NCBI GenBank assembly: GCA_051382295.1
Contig: JBBCAW010000130.1
Span: 1-40,080 of the forward strand
Length of the DNA stretch: 40,080 nucleotides
Reading direction: 5' to 3'
DNA from: Bdellovibrionota bacterium FG-1
GTDB lineage: Bacteria; Bdellovibrionota; UBA1018
A program made the translations under genes and the position numbers. Positions within the stretch are counted from its first letter, which is position 1. Every line of letters starts with the position of its first letter. The notes under the pieces were generated by a model. That model made no database searches and was not told where the DNA came from. It worked only from the letters and a program-made list of their open reading frames with translations. Positions 27,230 through 36,557 of this stretch are shown here, in pieces.

Positions 27230-28279
27230 ATGCCTGCACTCACTACGCATCCGGTCATTGAAGTCGCCAATATATGCAGATCCTTTCGCTCCGTAAAAAA
27301 GGAAGAGGGGCTTCGGGGAGCGCTTGCCCTGCTGATCAAACCGACCTACAGCTCACATGATGCCCTCAAAGGGGTAAGCTTTTCTGTCGATCCGGGTTCA
27401 TTTGTTGGGTTGATTGGGGCCAACGGAGCCGGCAAGACCACCTTGCTTAAGATTCTCTCTGGCCTGATCCCCCCCACCTCAGGGCAAGCGAAAGTGCTGG
27501 GGATTGAACCTTTTTCACGACCCCTGAACTTTAGGCGTCAAATTGCGTTAGTGATGGGGCAGAAAGCTCAGCTTTGGTGGGACCTTCCCGCGGTGGACGC
27601 GTTCGATCTGCTGCGGGCGATTTATGAAATCCCCCTGAAAACCTATCAAGAACGACTCAATGAACTGGCGACTTTGCTGGACGTCAAACGCCACCTCAAC
27701 ACCCAAATCCGACGCCTCAGTTTGGGCGAACGAATGAAAATGGAATTGATCGGGGCCCTTCTTCATTGGCCAAGTGTCATTTTTTTGGACGAACCCACCA
27801 TTGGACTGGATGTCCTGGCCGCGCATAAATTAAGGGAGTTTTTAAGGGCATTCAACCATAAGGAGAAGGCGACCATTATTCTGACCAGCCATAACATGGA
27901 TGACATTGAACGCCTTTGCTCGCGCGTTCTCATTATCCGAGCCGGCGAACTCATTTATGACGGAAAACCCCAGGGCCTGACCCGACAAGGGGAGCGACGT
28001 TTGAAACTGCGATTTTTAGAAAACCTCACGATTCAAGACCTCGCTACCACCACCGGCCTTTCGTGTGATGTGATTCGCCTGGGAGACGAAGAGGCCGCCA
28101 CCTTTCACTTCACGGTTCATCAAAAACAAATCGTTCCCATTCTTCAATCCCTCATGGATCGCTATGAGATTATTGATATGGGTGTTGAGGAACAAAGCCT
28201 TGAGCGCGTGATTCAAAAGCTTTACGAAGAAGATCGGGCAACAGTCTCTTCTCCTCCTAGTCCTGGTACCTCCTCTTGA
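27230..28279 (+). CDS. ABC-2 exporter ATP-binding subunit
   Basis: GANGAGKTT, LSLGERMK, LDEPTIGLD, LTSH. Confidence 0.95.
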   Translation: MPALTTHPVIEVANICRSFRSVKKEEGLRGALALLIKPTYSSHDALKGVSFSVDPGSFVGLIGANGAGKTTLLKILSGLIPPTSGQAKVLGIEPFSRPLNFRRQIALVMGQKAQLWWDLPAVDAFDLLRAIYEIPLKTYQERLNELATLLDVKRHLNTQIRRLSLGERMKMELIGALLHWPSVIFLDEPTIGLDVLAAHKLREFLRAFNHKEKATIILTSHNMDDIERLCSRVLIIRAGELIYDGKPQGLTRQGERRLKLRFLENLTIQDLATTTGLSCDVIRLGDEEAATFHFTVHQKQIVPILQSLMDRYEIIDMGVEEQSLERVIQKLYEEDRATVSSPPSPGTSS

Positions 28280-29067
28280 GACTAGGATGGCGCATGGCCG
28301 CGCTTAAAAATGGCCTCCAAGACGCGACGGCCTATCGAGTTGAGTTTCTCTTTGAAATTTTGGGCTCGGCCTTTGTACCAGCAGCCATTCAATGGGTCCT
28401 TTGGTATGCACTCTTCAAACTGGGTGGAGCCAATCAAGTAGCGGGAATGAACTATCTTGACATGGTGCATTACACCCTCACTAGCCTTTTATTCTCCCAA
28501 ATCCGAGGCGGAGACCTCGACTTTGAGTTAGCTGAAATGGTTCGCTCAGGCCAGCTCAGTAATTATCTTTTGAGACCTGTCAGCTTGATGGAGTTTGTTT
28601 ACCTGCGCGGACTCGGCCCCAAACTTTTGATCGCTGGCCTAGCCCTTCTTATTGGGGTCAGTGTAGGGATGAGCATAGGCCTTTCACCCGGACGACTAGT
28701 CGCCTCTATGGGCTTGGCACTGATCGGGAACCTGATTCACTTTCAACTGAGCGCGGCGATCGCGGCGGCATCTTTTATTTGGGAAGAAGCCTATAGCATC
28801 CTCATGGTTAAAAACATGATCGTTGGCTTACTCTCTGGCGAGTTACTTCCTCTCAATATGTTTCCGCATTCGATGCAATGGATCTGGAAAGCAACCCCCT
28901 TTTACCTCTATGTCTTTGGCCCGACTCAATATGCATTGGGCCATTGGAGTCACTGGGAGTTCATTCAGCAACTTGGCATTGCCGGCCTTTGGCTCCTTGT
29001 GGGCTGGGGCCTGATCCGCGTGACTTGGGGTCATGGAATCAAGCATTACCTCAGCCTAGGAGGCTAA
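28276..29067 (+). CDS. ABC-2 type permease (DUF990/ABC2_membrane_6)
   Basis: YR.EF, GQLSNYLLRP, LSGELLPL.MFP. Confidence 0.9.
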   Translation: MRLGWRMAALKNGLQDATAYRVEFLFEILGSAFVPAAIQWVLWYALFKLGGANQVAGMNYLDMVHYTLTSLLFSQIRGGDLDFELAEMVRSGQLSNYLLRPVSLMEFVYLRGLGPKLLIAGLALLIGVSVGMSIGLSPGRLVASMGLALIGNLIHFQLSAAIAAASFIWEEAYSILMVKNMIVGLLSGELLPLNMFPHSMQWIWKATPFYLYVFGPTQYALGHWSHWEFIQQLGIAGLWLLVGWGLIRVTWGHGIKHYLSLGG

Positions 29068-29068
29068 A

Positions 29069-29860
29069 ATGAATCTCGCCCAATACGCTGAACTTTACCG
29101 AGTCCAGCTCAAGAACAACTGGGTGCGTGAAGCGGTCTACCGCACCAATTTTTTAACCTCGGTTTTTACGGATTTGATTTGGATGGGCGTCGAGATGAGC
29201 CTTTTTACGGTCATCTATTCTAATGTGCCGGTCATCGCGGGCTGGACCCGGCCACAGGTCTACTTTTTCTTGGGGATCTTTTTTGCGTCAGACGCGCTTT
29301 TTACGACCCTATTTCAACGCAATTTCTGGAATTTTTCTGACCTCGTCAACAAGGGCGAACTCGACATTCTTCTCACCAAACCCGTTCACCCGCTTTTTCT
29401 AGCGCTCACTCGCTACATCAACCTCACGGCGAGCTTCAACTTACTCCTGGGCTTAGGGGTGGCGATTCGTTTTTCAAAGGAAGCCGGCTTTGCGGGCGGT
29501 TGGCACTGGTTGCTCGCCGTATTTTGGCTTGCGGTGGGACTAGCTACTGCCATTGTGGTGCGGTTTGCCTTTTCCATTTGGATTTTTTGGACGGAGCGCA
29601 GCTGGGCCTTGTCGCGTCTCTATTATCAATTTTTCGCTTTTGCAACTAAGCCCGACACGCTTTACCCTCCGATGATCCGATATCTCATCCTCACGGCGCT
29701 GCCTTTTGCCTTTATTGGGAGCGTCCCGGCGCGGGCGCTCCTTCATGGACTTCAAAACTGGGAATACTTTCTGATTGCGGGAGTTCTCACAACCTTTAGC
29801 TTCATGGATTTATACCTCTGGAAGAAGGGCCTGCAGCGTTATCAAAGCGCGAGCTCCTAA
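29069..29860 (+). CDS. ABC-2 type permease (DUF990/ABC2_membrane_6)
   Basis: YRTNF, GELDILLTKP, LPFAFIGSVPA, GLQRYQSASS. Confidence 0.9.
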   Translation: MNLAQYAELYRVQLKNNWVREAVYRTNFLTSVFTDLIWMGVEMSLFTVIYSNVPVIAGWTRPQVYFFLGIFFASDALFTTLFQRNFWNFSDLVNKGELDILLTKPVHPLFLALTRYINLTASFNLLLGLGVAIRFSKEAGFAGGWHWLLAVFWLAVGLATAIVVRFAFSIWIFWTERSWALSRLYYQFFAFATKPDTLYPPMIRYLILTALPFAFIGSVPARALLHGLQNWEYFLIAGVLTTFSFMDLYLWKKGLQRYQSASS

Positions 29861-29868
29861 AAATCATC

Positions 29869-30013
29869 GGTCGCCACGGCGACCAAAAGCTAAAGGCCGC
29901 TTTCGGTAATCGGGACTCAGCCTCTGCGATGGTCGCCACGGCGACCGATTCAGCAACGTCAAACAAATGTCACCCTTGCGTGAACTTTGCCTCAATCGGT
30001 CGCCACGGCGACC
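29869..30013. repeat. Three identical 16-bp palindromes GGTCGCCACGGCGACC, candidate parS cluster
   Basis: Copies at 29869-29884, 29931-29946 and 29998-30013; the third extends to a 24-bp palindrome (29994-30017). Confidence 0.85.
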
Positions 30014-30134
30014 GATTCTTATTTAAGAATCATTTATTGCTTGCACCCAGAACTGACTGCCCTAGAATCTCTACAACACACGTTTTTACCAACCCGGTCA
30101 GAAGACCAAAACAAACCCAAGGAGGGCGTTGAAA

Positions 30135-31208
30135 ATGGCTTCATTCAGAGAGATGTGTTTTACCCCGGCTGAGTTCGCAACAATCGCAAAAATTGATCGG
30201 AACATGATCCCCGAACTCGAAAGCAATGGACTCCTCAAAACCATTAAAAAACGCATGGGCAACGTCGAGCGAAAAATGATCTCCCTCGAGGACATGCAGG
30301 ACTACTTTCGTAACGGTCGCAGTGGCGACCAAAACCAGGTCTCGACTGCAAACCTCCCTAGTGGCGCGACCGCAGCAGGCCCCGCCGAGGCCGCGACACC
30401 AGCCGCGGTCGCCGCGGCGACCCATCGCTTTATTCAACCCCCTAAGCACAAGAAACAAATGTTCTACAACGTCAAGGGCGGCACCGGTAAATCCACACTG
30501 ACCGCGCAATATGTTATGCGCGCGGCCATGAATGGACTTCGAGTGCTGGCTGTGGATTTGGACGGACAGGGCCACCTCACCGTCAATCTCGATATCCTCA
30601 ACAGCCACGAGTACGCTACGATCTATGACGTCCTCATCAATGATCTACCGATTCAAGACGCCATCATGACCGTAGCCCCTGGTCTCGATTTGATCCCGGC
30701 CAACCTCGGCCTGTGCAATATCGAAATCCCACTCAACCTCAAAGCACGGCGCGAATACCGACTCTCCGAAGCGATCAAGAAAATCGCTGATCAATACGAC
30801 CTGATCGTGGCCGATACCAACCCTGCTGCCTCTATTCTCAACGGCTCCATGCTCGTTGCGGCTGATCTAGTGAATGTGATCTGCGCCACCAATCCTTTAT
30901 CGTTCCACGGCATGTCCCTGGTGATGGCGACCATTGAAACAATGGAACAGGAATTTTCGCGGCAACTCGATGTCAAGATCATCCCTAATATGTACGATGC
31001 CCGCGAAGTCATCAGCCAGGAGGTCTTGGGCGAACTTCGCGCAAGCTTTCCGGACCACTGTACGCACGCGGTCGTGAACCGCTGCGCCGATTTGAATGAA
31101 GCAACAAAACGCCGAACAACGGTCTGGGATGTCAACGCACGAGGCGTTGGTGCACAAGACATCAATACCCTCACTGAAGAACTTCTATGGGAATCCACAC
31201 GTAATTAA
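30135..31208 (+). CDS. parA: ParA ATPase with N-terminal HTH (type Ia-like architecture)
   Basis: Deviant Walker A NVKGGTGKST, AVDLDGQG, DLIPAN, ADTNP; N-terminal FTPAEFATIAKIDRNMI HTH; GGAGG 8-9 nt before the ATG at 30135. Confidence 0.92.
   Translation: MASFREMCFTPAEFATIAKIDRNMIPELESNGLLKTIKKRMGNVERKMISLEDMQDYFRNGRSGDQNQVSTANLPSGATAAGPAEAATPAAVAAATHRFIQPPKHKKQMFYNVKGGTGKSTLTAQYVMRAAMNGLRVLAVDLDGQGHLTVNLDILNSHEYATIYDVLINDLPIQDAIMTVAPGLDLIPANLGLCNIEIPLNLKARREYRLSEAIKKIADQYDLIVADTNPAASILNGSMLVAADLVNVICATNPLSFHGMSLVMATIETMEQEFSRQLDVKIIPNMYDAREVISQEVLGELRASFPDHCTHAVVNRCADLNEATKRRTTVWDVNARGVGAQDINTLTEELLWESTRN
30315..30422. repeat. Two further parS-like palindromes inside parA
   Basis: GGTCGCAGTGGCGACC (30315-30330, one arm mismatch) and GGTCGCCGCGGCGACC (30407-30422, perfect). 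Confidence 0.8.
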
Positions 31209-31252
31209 ACTTAGTTCAAACTATTAATAAATAATAACAAAAGGACTTGAAC

Positions 31253-32203
31253 ATGGATGTCACCAAAGACAAAGAAAAAGACCGGGAAAAAGACGAAGGA
31301 AAAATCAAAACACGGCAAGGCAGCGGGTATCTGAAACAACTTTATTCAACCGCCCGCACCACTGCCGGAAGCACGCACTCGAATCTCAAGAGCCTCACCA
31401 CCTTTATGGTGAATTTTGTCCCCACGGATAAAGTCGACGCCTCCGACCTTCAAGTACGTGTCCATTTTGACGATAGTGAAATCGAAGCCATGGCTCACTC
31501 CATTCGAGAGCATGGGGTATTACAACCGATTTTGGTTGTGCAGGACGGCGATCGCTACAAAGTAATCGCCGGTGAACGACGTCTTCGGGGCGCCAAACGC
31601 GCGGGGTTGGATCGAATTCCCGCACGCGTGCTGTCCACGAACGACAAAGCCACCCATGAAATAGCCCTTCGCGAAAATCTGGATCGCGTCGACCTTCACC
31701 CCCTTGAAGAAGGCGAAGGTTATGTCAGCCTTCTTGAAGCTCAGGCCTACACCAGTCACGATGCGATTGCTAAAGGGTTCGGAAAACCCAAGTCCCGTAT
31801 TACCGAGTGTATCGGTTTTACGCGTCTTCCCGAAAACACCAAGGCTGAGTTACTGAAACGAAACATCAAGAACCGAGCATTGCTTCGACAACTCCTGATA
31901 TTACCCCCCGACCAACATCTGGATTTGATCGCGGAGGCCGCACAAAAAGAAGAGGTCCTACTGGTTCCAGGCGCAATGGAGGGAGCAACCCCTCTTGCAG
32001 AAAGCACAACTCACCCGCCTGTTGCCGTTAAACCCCCTCGAGAACTCAAGCCCTTTGAATTCAAACTGGACCAAAAAGGGTTAACCATGCCGGGTTACAA
32101 ATGGAAAGCGGGCGAAGGGAAAGCAAAACTCCAGACCTTCGCTTCGAATCTTCGAAAGCTCCTTGCTGAAATCGATACCAGACTAACCCAGACCAAAGGC
32201 TAA
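31253..32203 (+). CDS. parB: ParB/Spo0J-family CTP-binding partition protein
   Basis: SIREHGVLQPILV, IAGERRLRG arginine patch, ENLDRVDLHPLEE, HTH HDAIAKGFGKPKSRITE. Confidence 0.93.
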   Translation: MDVTKDKEKDREKDEGKIKTRQGSGYLKQLYSTARTTAGSTHSNLKSLTTFMVNFVPTDKVDASDLQVRVHFDDSEIEAMAHSIREHGVLQPILVVQDGDRYKVIAGERRLRGAKRAGLDRIPARVLSTNDKATHEIALRENLDRVDLHPLEEGEGYVSLLEAQAYTSHDAIAKGFGKPKSRITECIGFTRLPENTKAELLKRNIKNRALLRQLLILPPDQHLDLIAEAAQKEEVLLVPGAMEGATPLAESTTHPPVAVKPPRELKPFEFKLDQKGLTMPGYKWKAGEGKAKLQTFASNLRKLLAEIDTRLTQTKG

Positions 32204-32223
32204 CAACCTATTCCAAACCATTG

Positions 32224-32270
32224 AGCATCCGAGGAAGGAAGAGCCCCCGACGCTACCTTCTTCGGATGCT
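32224..32270 (+). terminator. Long hairpin after parB
   Basis: AGCATCCGAGGAAGG ... CCTTCTTCGGATGCT; weak U-tract. Confidence 0.55.
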
Positions 32271-32290
32271 ATTAGGAAGAGACTCTACCC

Positions 32291-33337
32291 ATGTGGCACA
32301 AACTTTCTCAGCCGTGGATCCCCCTCTCCAAGATCGAAGAACTCGTCCAATTTGAACCCGCTCTCCTGATCGCTGGACTCGTCCTCGGCGCATGGCTGGT
32401 CTATAAGTTATTGCTGCGGGATATTTCACCCGAGCGTCATCGAAATCTCCACAACCATTTTCAAAATCTCTGGCTTCACTCCGCCATTGCTTTGACACTT
32501 TTTAGTTCGTATTCCTTGTTAGCTCGATTGGACGACGGTAACCCCGCCATCGAACGCGTACTCTCCTACATCGGTCTTTTTACCCTACTTTCGGGGTCCA
32601 CCGCGTTTGTCAAAGCGGCTCGAATTTTAATGTTCGAGTATCTTTTCTTAAGCCATATGCGAGTGGCCGTACCCTTGCTGCTGGTGAACTTATTCACACT
32701 CCTACTTTCCATGCTCATTGGTGGGTGGCTGGCGACCGAGGTCTTTAGCGTTCGACTGGCCCCCCTTCTCGCTACATCGGCCATCTTTTCATTAGTCCTC
32801 GGCCTTGCCCTCCAAGATACACTTGGAAACCTGTTTGCCGGAGTGGCGCTCCAATTTGATAAACCGTACTCCATCGGCGATTGGATCGAAATTCAAAATG
32901 GCGCGCAAAAATGGGTAGGAAGGGTCGAAGAAATTTCTTGGCGCGCCACTGGAATGATCGGGGTCGCCGAGGAGTTCATCACGGTCCCCAATCGAGTCAT
33001 GGCCCAAGCTCAGATTTCAAATTTTTCGCTCAAAACCAAGCCGTTTATCCGAAGCCAGGTATTTCGTATGGGACACAAGGCTAATATCAAAAAAACCAAA
33101 GAAATTTTGATCGCCGGTGCGGCTCGTAGCTCACACGTCCGCAAAGACATCTCACCCTTGGTCTTGATTACCGAAGTGGCGGATTCATGGCTTTCTTTCA
33201 AGCTGCTCTACTTCATCGACGATTATGGAGCCCAATTTAGCATCGGCGACGAAGTCATCACTTACGCAATGGAAGAACTTCGCCTCGCCGGAATTGAGTT
33301 AGAAACACCCAAGCTCCAGCTCAAAAGCCCTACTTAG
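32291..33337 (+). CDS. MscS-family small-conductance mechanosensitive channel
   Basis: LGLALQDTLGNLFAG, KPYSIGDWI, GRVEEISWRAT, VPN. Confidence 0.93.
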   Translation: MWHKLSQPWIPLSKIEELVQFEPALLIAGLVLGAWLVYKLLLRDISPERHRNLHNHFQNLWLHSAIALTLFSSYSLLARLDDGNPAIERVLSYIGLFTLLSGSTAFVKAARILMFEYLFLSHMRVAVPLLLVNLFTLLLSMLIGGWLATEVFSVRLAPLLATSAIFSLVLGLALQDTLGNLFAGVALQFDKPYSIGDWIEIQNGAQKWVGRVEEISWRATGMIGVAEEFITVPNRVMAQAQISNFSLKTKPFIRSQVFRMGHKANIKKTKEILIAGAARSSHVRKDISPLVLITEVADSWLSFKLLYFIDDYGAQFSIGDEVITYAMEELRLAGIELETPKLQLKSPT

Positions 33338-33399
33338 CTTTGATCAAACACCCCGGCACGAAAGCTGCTTAGCTTTTGCTCCGCGAAAGGGGCGGTGCT

Positions 33400-33768
33400 A
33401 TGAGAACCAACGATACAATTTGGGATGCCCATTGGGATCTATTTTCCGAGGCCTGCGGACGAAAGCCGGGATACGTCACTGAATTAACAAACTATTCTTG
33501 TTCACTAGACACCAACGAAACCATTGAATTTCGACGCTGGATTCGGATGCTCATCCGGGACCCTCAGTCCAATCTCATGATTGCAGCGATTGGGTGCGTT
33601 GTGCGGTGCATAAATACCCCACCACCCCCAACAAAAACGGGGAACATAACCGCCTATCGTTATCGCGTTGAGTTCACCTTTCCGTTCAATCTTGCACGAC
33701 TGAACGGATCAGTACTGCAAAATGCGGAAGAGGAAACAGTGAGGCATGCACCTCAAGCGAGCGCCTAA
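33400..33768 (+). CDS. PilZ-like small beta-barrel protein (degenerate)
   Basis: GYVTELT, AIGCVVRC and YRYRVEF follow the PilZ strand pattern; RxxxR and D/NxSxxG are not intact. Confidence 0.5.
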   Translation: MRTNDTIWDAHWDLFSEACGRKPGYVTELTNYSCSLDTNETIEFRRWIRMLIRDPQSNLMIAAIGCVVRCINTPPPPTKTGNITAYRYRVEFTFPFNLARLNGSVLQNAEEETVRHAPQASA

Positions 33769-33777
33769 CAATTTGCG

Positions 33778-35133
33778 TTACTTAATCTTGGCCTGATCCA
33801 AGACAAACTTAAGGGTTCGTTCTTGTCGAACTCGAAACAAGAAATCCTCCCGACGAGCGGCGTTGTCCAAATAAAAGCTACGGACTTTTGCCTCTTCGAC
33901 GTTCATCGAGACCGCAAGCCCCTTAATCTCCGCCTCATACTCCTCAGGCTTCAATTCGATTTTTTCCTGCGAAGCGATCCCTTCCAGCAAAAGACTGGCC
34001 CGTACTTGTTGTTCAGACCGTTTGCGAAGATTTTCGATCTCCGACATCACGGCACTTTGGATCATCTTATCATCCAAGCCTTGCTTCTTAAGATCCTGAG
34101 CCCATTCTTGCGCTAAGGCGCGGGTCTGACTTTCCACTAAGGCAAGGGGCACTTCAAAAGCATTTTTTTCAATGATCTGAGTGATCAATTCACTCCGAAG
34201 CTTACGATCGACCTCTTCAGTGCGTTCTTTCAACAGATGTCCTTTGGCCTTCTGGCGCAAATCAGCCACGCCTTCGTAACCGGCATCTTTTGCAAAATCG
34301 TCATTGAGTTCGGGAATTTTCTTTTCCTTCACTTCGTTCACGTCAACGGTAAACTCCGCTTCCTTGCCCGCCATACTTTTTTCAAAATAATCGTCTGGAA
34401 ACTGGATGCGAAAAGTTTTCTTTTCCCCTGAAGTCATTCCAATCAGATGATCTTCAAAGCCATGAATCAGGCTGTCAGATCCGATTTCAACAACCCGTGA
34501 ACCCTTCATGCCTTCACGACGCTCAACTCCGGACTCAGTCACAATACCGCCATCAAAAGCGATATCTGCATGATCGCCCTTACGCGCAGCACGAGAAAGC
34601 ATCTTGCCCGAGGCATCTGCTAAACCGCTGGTCGCCGGAATCAACTCTGAGTGAGACTGAAGGAGATGGTTGACGACATCATCCACGTCTTTATCAGTGA
34701 TTTCGACTTTTTCTTTTTTGAGAGAAATTCCGGTGTAACCTTTAACCACGAGATCAGGCATGACTTCAACCGTGGCAGTAAAGGTCAGGTCTTGATTTTC
34801 AGCAATGGCATGATCGTGCTCGCCTCCCCCGGTCTTGTGTTCAGGGGTTTCAATCTTAGGGCTGCCAATCGCCTTGAGATTTTCTTTACGAATCGCTTGC
34901 TGGTAGGATTCATCGATCAAGTTATGAAAAAGACGATGGCGCACATCTTCCCCGTAATACTGCTTGATCACGGAAATCGGCGCATGTCCGGGGCGAAAGC
35001 CTTTCAGTTTGGCGGTCTTCTGCACTTCATTTAAACCGTGAAGGTAGCGATTCGCCACTTCCTGAGCAGGAACACGGATCGTCAGTTTACGCAAAATAGG
35101 GGTCGGCTTCTCAACTTGTACATTTAATTCCAT
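33778..35133 (-). CDS. tig: Trigger factor
   Basis: LKGFRPGHAP ribosome-binding signature, FKBP domain (IHGFEDHLIG), ELNDDFAK. Confidence 0.96.
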   Translation of the reverse strand: MELNVQVEKPTPILRKLTIRVPAQEVANRYLHGLNEVQKTAKLKGFRPGHAPISVIKQYYGEDVRHRLFHNLIDESYQQAIRKENLKAIGSPKIETPEHKTGGGEHDHAIAENQDLTFTATVEVMPDLVVKGYTGISLKKEKVEITDKDVDDVVNHLLQSHSELIPATSGLADASGKMLSRAARKGDHADIAFDGGIVTESGVERREGMKGSRVVEIGSDSLIHGFEDHLIGMTSGEKKTFRIQFPDDYFEKSMAGKEAEFTVDVNEVKEKKIPELNDDFAKDAGYEGVADLRQKAKGHLLKERTEEVDRKLRSELITQIIEKNAFEVPLALVESQTRALAQEWAQDLKKQGLDDKMIQSAVMSEIENLRKRSEQQVRASLLLEGIASQEKIELKPEEYEAEIKGLAVSMNVEEAKVRSFYLDNAARREDFLFRVRQERTLKFVLDQAKIK

Positions 35134-35169
35134 AGTTGGCCTGGTTTTAAGCCGACCTAACTCAAAAAG

Positions 35170-35704
35170 TCAATCTTGATCAGTTTTACGGCTATGGTTG
35201 ACGAGTTTGAGTAAGGAAATCATCCGCTCAGCGCGAGCGACCGAAAAAGCGCCGGAGCGAATTGCAGTCCCTGACGCCAAGGCTTCGCGAATTTGGCGTT
35301 TTCGCACCCCTACCTCAACAACACGGCAAAGAACTCCAATAAGATCTGAAAGTTCATAGGGGTTTACGCATGAAGTCAAACGCTCCCAAACGAAGGGCCT
35401 GAAGAACAAATTGGCGATCACCATGTGCAGTCAGCATCACCACAGGAATATCTAACCCCTTGGGTCGCATTTGAGTGAGCAACTCAATTCCAGACATTCT
35501 AGGCATCTGAAAATCACAAATCACGGCAGCCACTTCACGCTGCCTCAGTTGTTCAAGGGCATCCTGCCCATCGCAAGCCGTATCTACGCTAAAACCTTGT
35601 TCCGTAACAATTTCACTGAGGAGCTGGCAAATCTCAGGCTCGTCATCAACAAGCAAAACATCAATAGGGGTCAAATTCTGGGGTTTCACTTGAGTATCTG
35701 TCAT
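35170..35704 (-). pseudogene. Response regulator interrupted by a one-base frameshift
   Basis: Receiver motifs LLVDDE, ICDFQMP, LTAHG, KP. Removing one base from the G4 run at 35359-35362 gives KPYELSDLIGVL..., completing helix 5 and a C-terminal tail. Confidence 0.75.
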
Positions 35705-35750
35705 TGAGAATAGGTTACGCACATATTTTTCCGAACTCAAGACCCCAATT

Positions 35751-36557
35751 TTAATACCACACCCTCTCAAGCCAGAGTCCCCGACCCGGCGCAGTAGGCC
35801 CGACTAACGAACGGTCCCCTTTTTCAAGGATCGTCTGAGTAATCAATGAATCCCGTCTATTTTCGCCTACTTGGAGTAAAGTCCCAGCGATTCCCCGCAC
35901 CATTTGCTTCAAAAAACCCGTCCCGAGAATCCGAACCCTCACCAGAAACACCCCATCTATAACACTGCCCGGAAAGTGGACCTTTTCAGACACCACCTCA
36001 GCTTCCAAAATTTTCCGTAGCGTCGTTCGCCCAGGGGGCGATCCAGACGCCTGAAATGGTTTAAAATCGTGAGCCCCTCGAAGACAAGAAATGGCTTCGT
36101 TCATAGCATCCAGATTAAGAGGTTTACGAATCCACCAACTATACGGCTCCAAAAAAGGCACGGCACAAGGCCCCTGTTGAAAATAATAACTATACTGCTT
36201 TTTCAAAGCACTGTGCTGGGCGTGAAACTCAAGCGGTACCGGAACCACCTCCAGTGCCCGAATATCAGAAGGGAGCAATGAATTCAGCCCTTTGAGCAAA
36301 ATTTCAGAAGGCCATGGTTTTTGCCTCAAAACAAAATGGGCGCGCTGACCTAGGGCATGGACCCCCGAATCGGTACGTCCGCTACCCACCACCGTGCTCG
36401 ACTCGCCGGTCATTTGCTTAAGACTGGCTTCGATGGTGGCCTGAATACTGGGGCCGCCTTCGGCGGCAGAACCCTTCTGTCGCTGCCAACCACAATAGCC
36501 CGTACCCACATATGAAAAAATAACCGCGTACTTCCACAAAGGCGTTTCAGAGTTCAA
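35751..36557 (-). CDS. truA: tRNA pseudouridine(38-40) synthase
   Basis: YCGWQRQ, GSGRTDSGVHA, GFLKQMVR, TAPGRGL.L. Confidence 0.96.
   Translation of the reverse strand: MNSETPLWKYAVIFSYVGTGYCGWQRQKGSAAEGGPSIQATIEASLKQMTGESSTVVGSGRTDSGVHALGQRAHFVLRQKPWPSEILLKGLNSLLPSDIRALEVVPVPLEFHAQHSALKKQYSYYFQQGPCAVPFLEPYSWWIRKPLNLDAMNEAISCLRGAHDFKPFQASGSPPGRTTLRKILEAEVVSEKVHFPGSVIDGVFLVRVRILGTGFLKQMVRGIAGTLLQVGENRRDSLITQTILEKGDRSLVGPTAPGRGLWLERVWY

Noticed and set aside
29869..30013. Three repeats with unique spacers as a mini-CRISPR array
   Set aside because: The repeat core is only 16 bp, spacers are 46 and 51 bp, further copies lie inside parA, and there are no cas genes. A protein-binding site fits better.
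29929..30172. Short ORFs (67 aa, 61 aa) with repeated VATATDS
   Set aside because: These are translations of the palindromic repeats and overlap the parA start.
35134..35170. tRNA gene upstream of tig
   Set aside because: Only 36 bp is available and there is no cloverleaf or T-loop motif.
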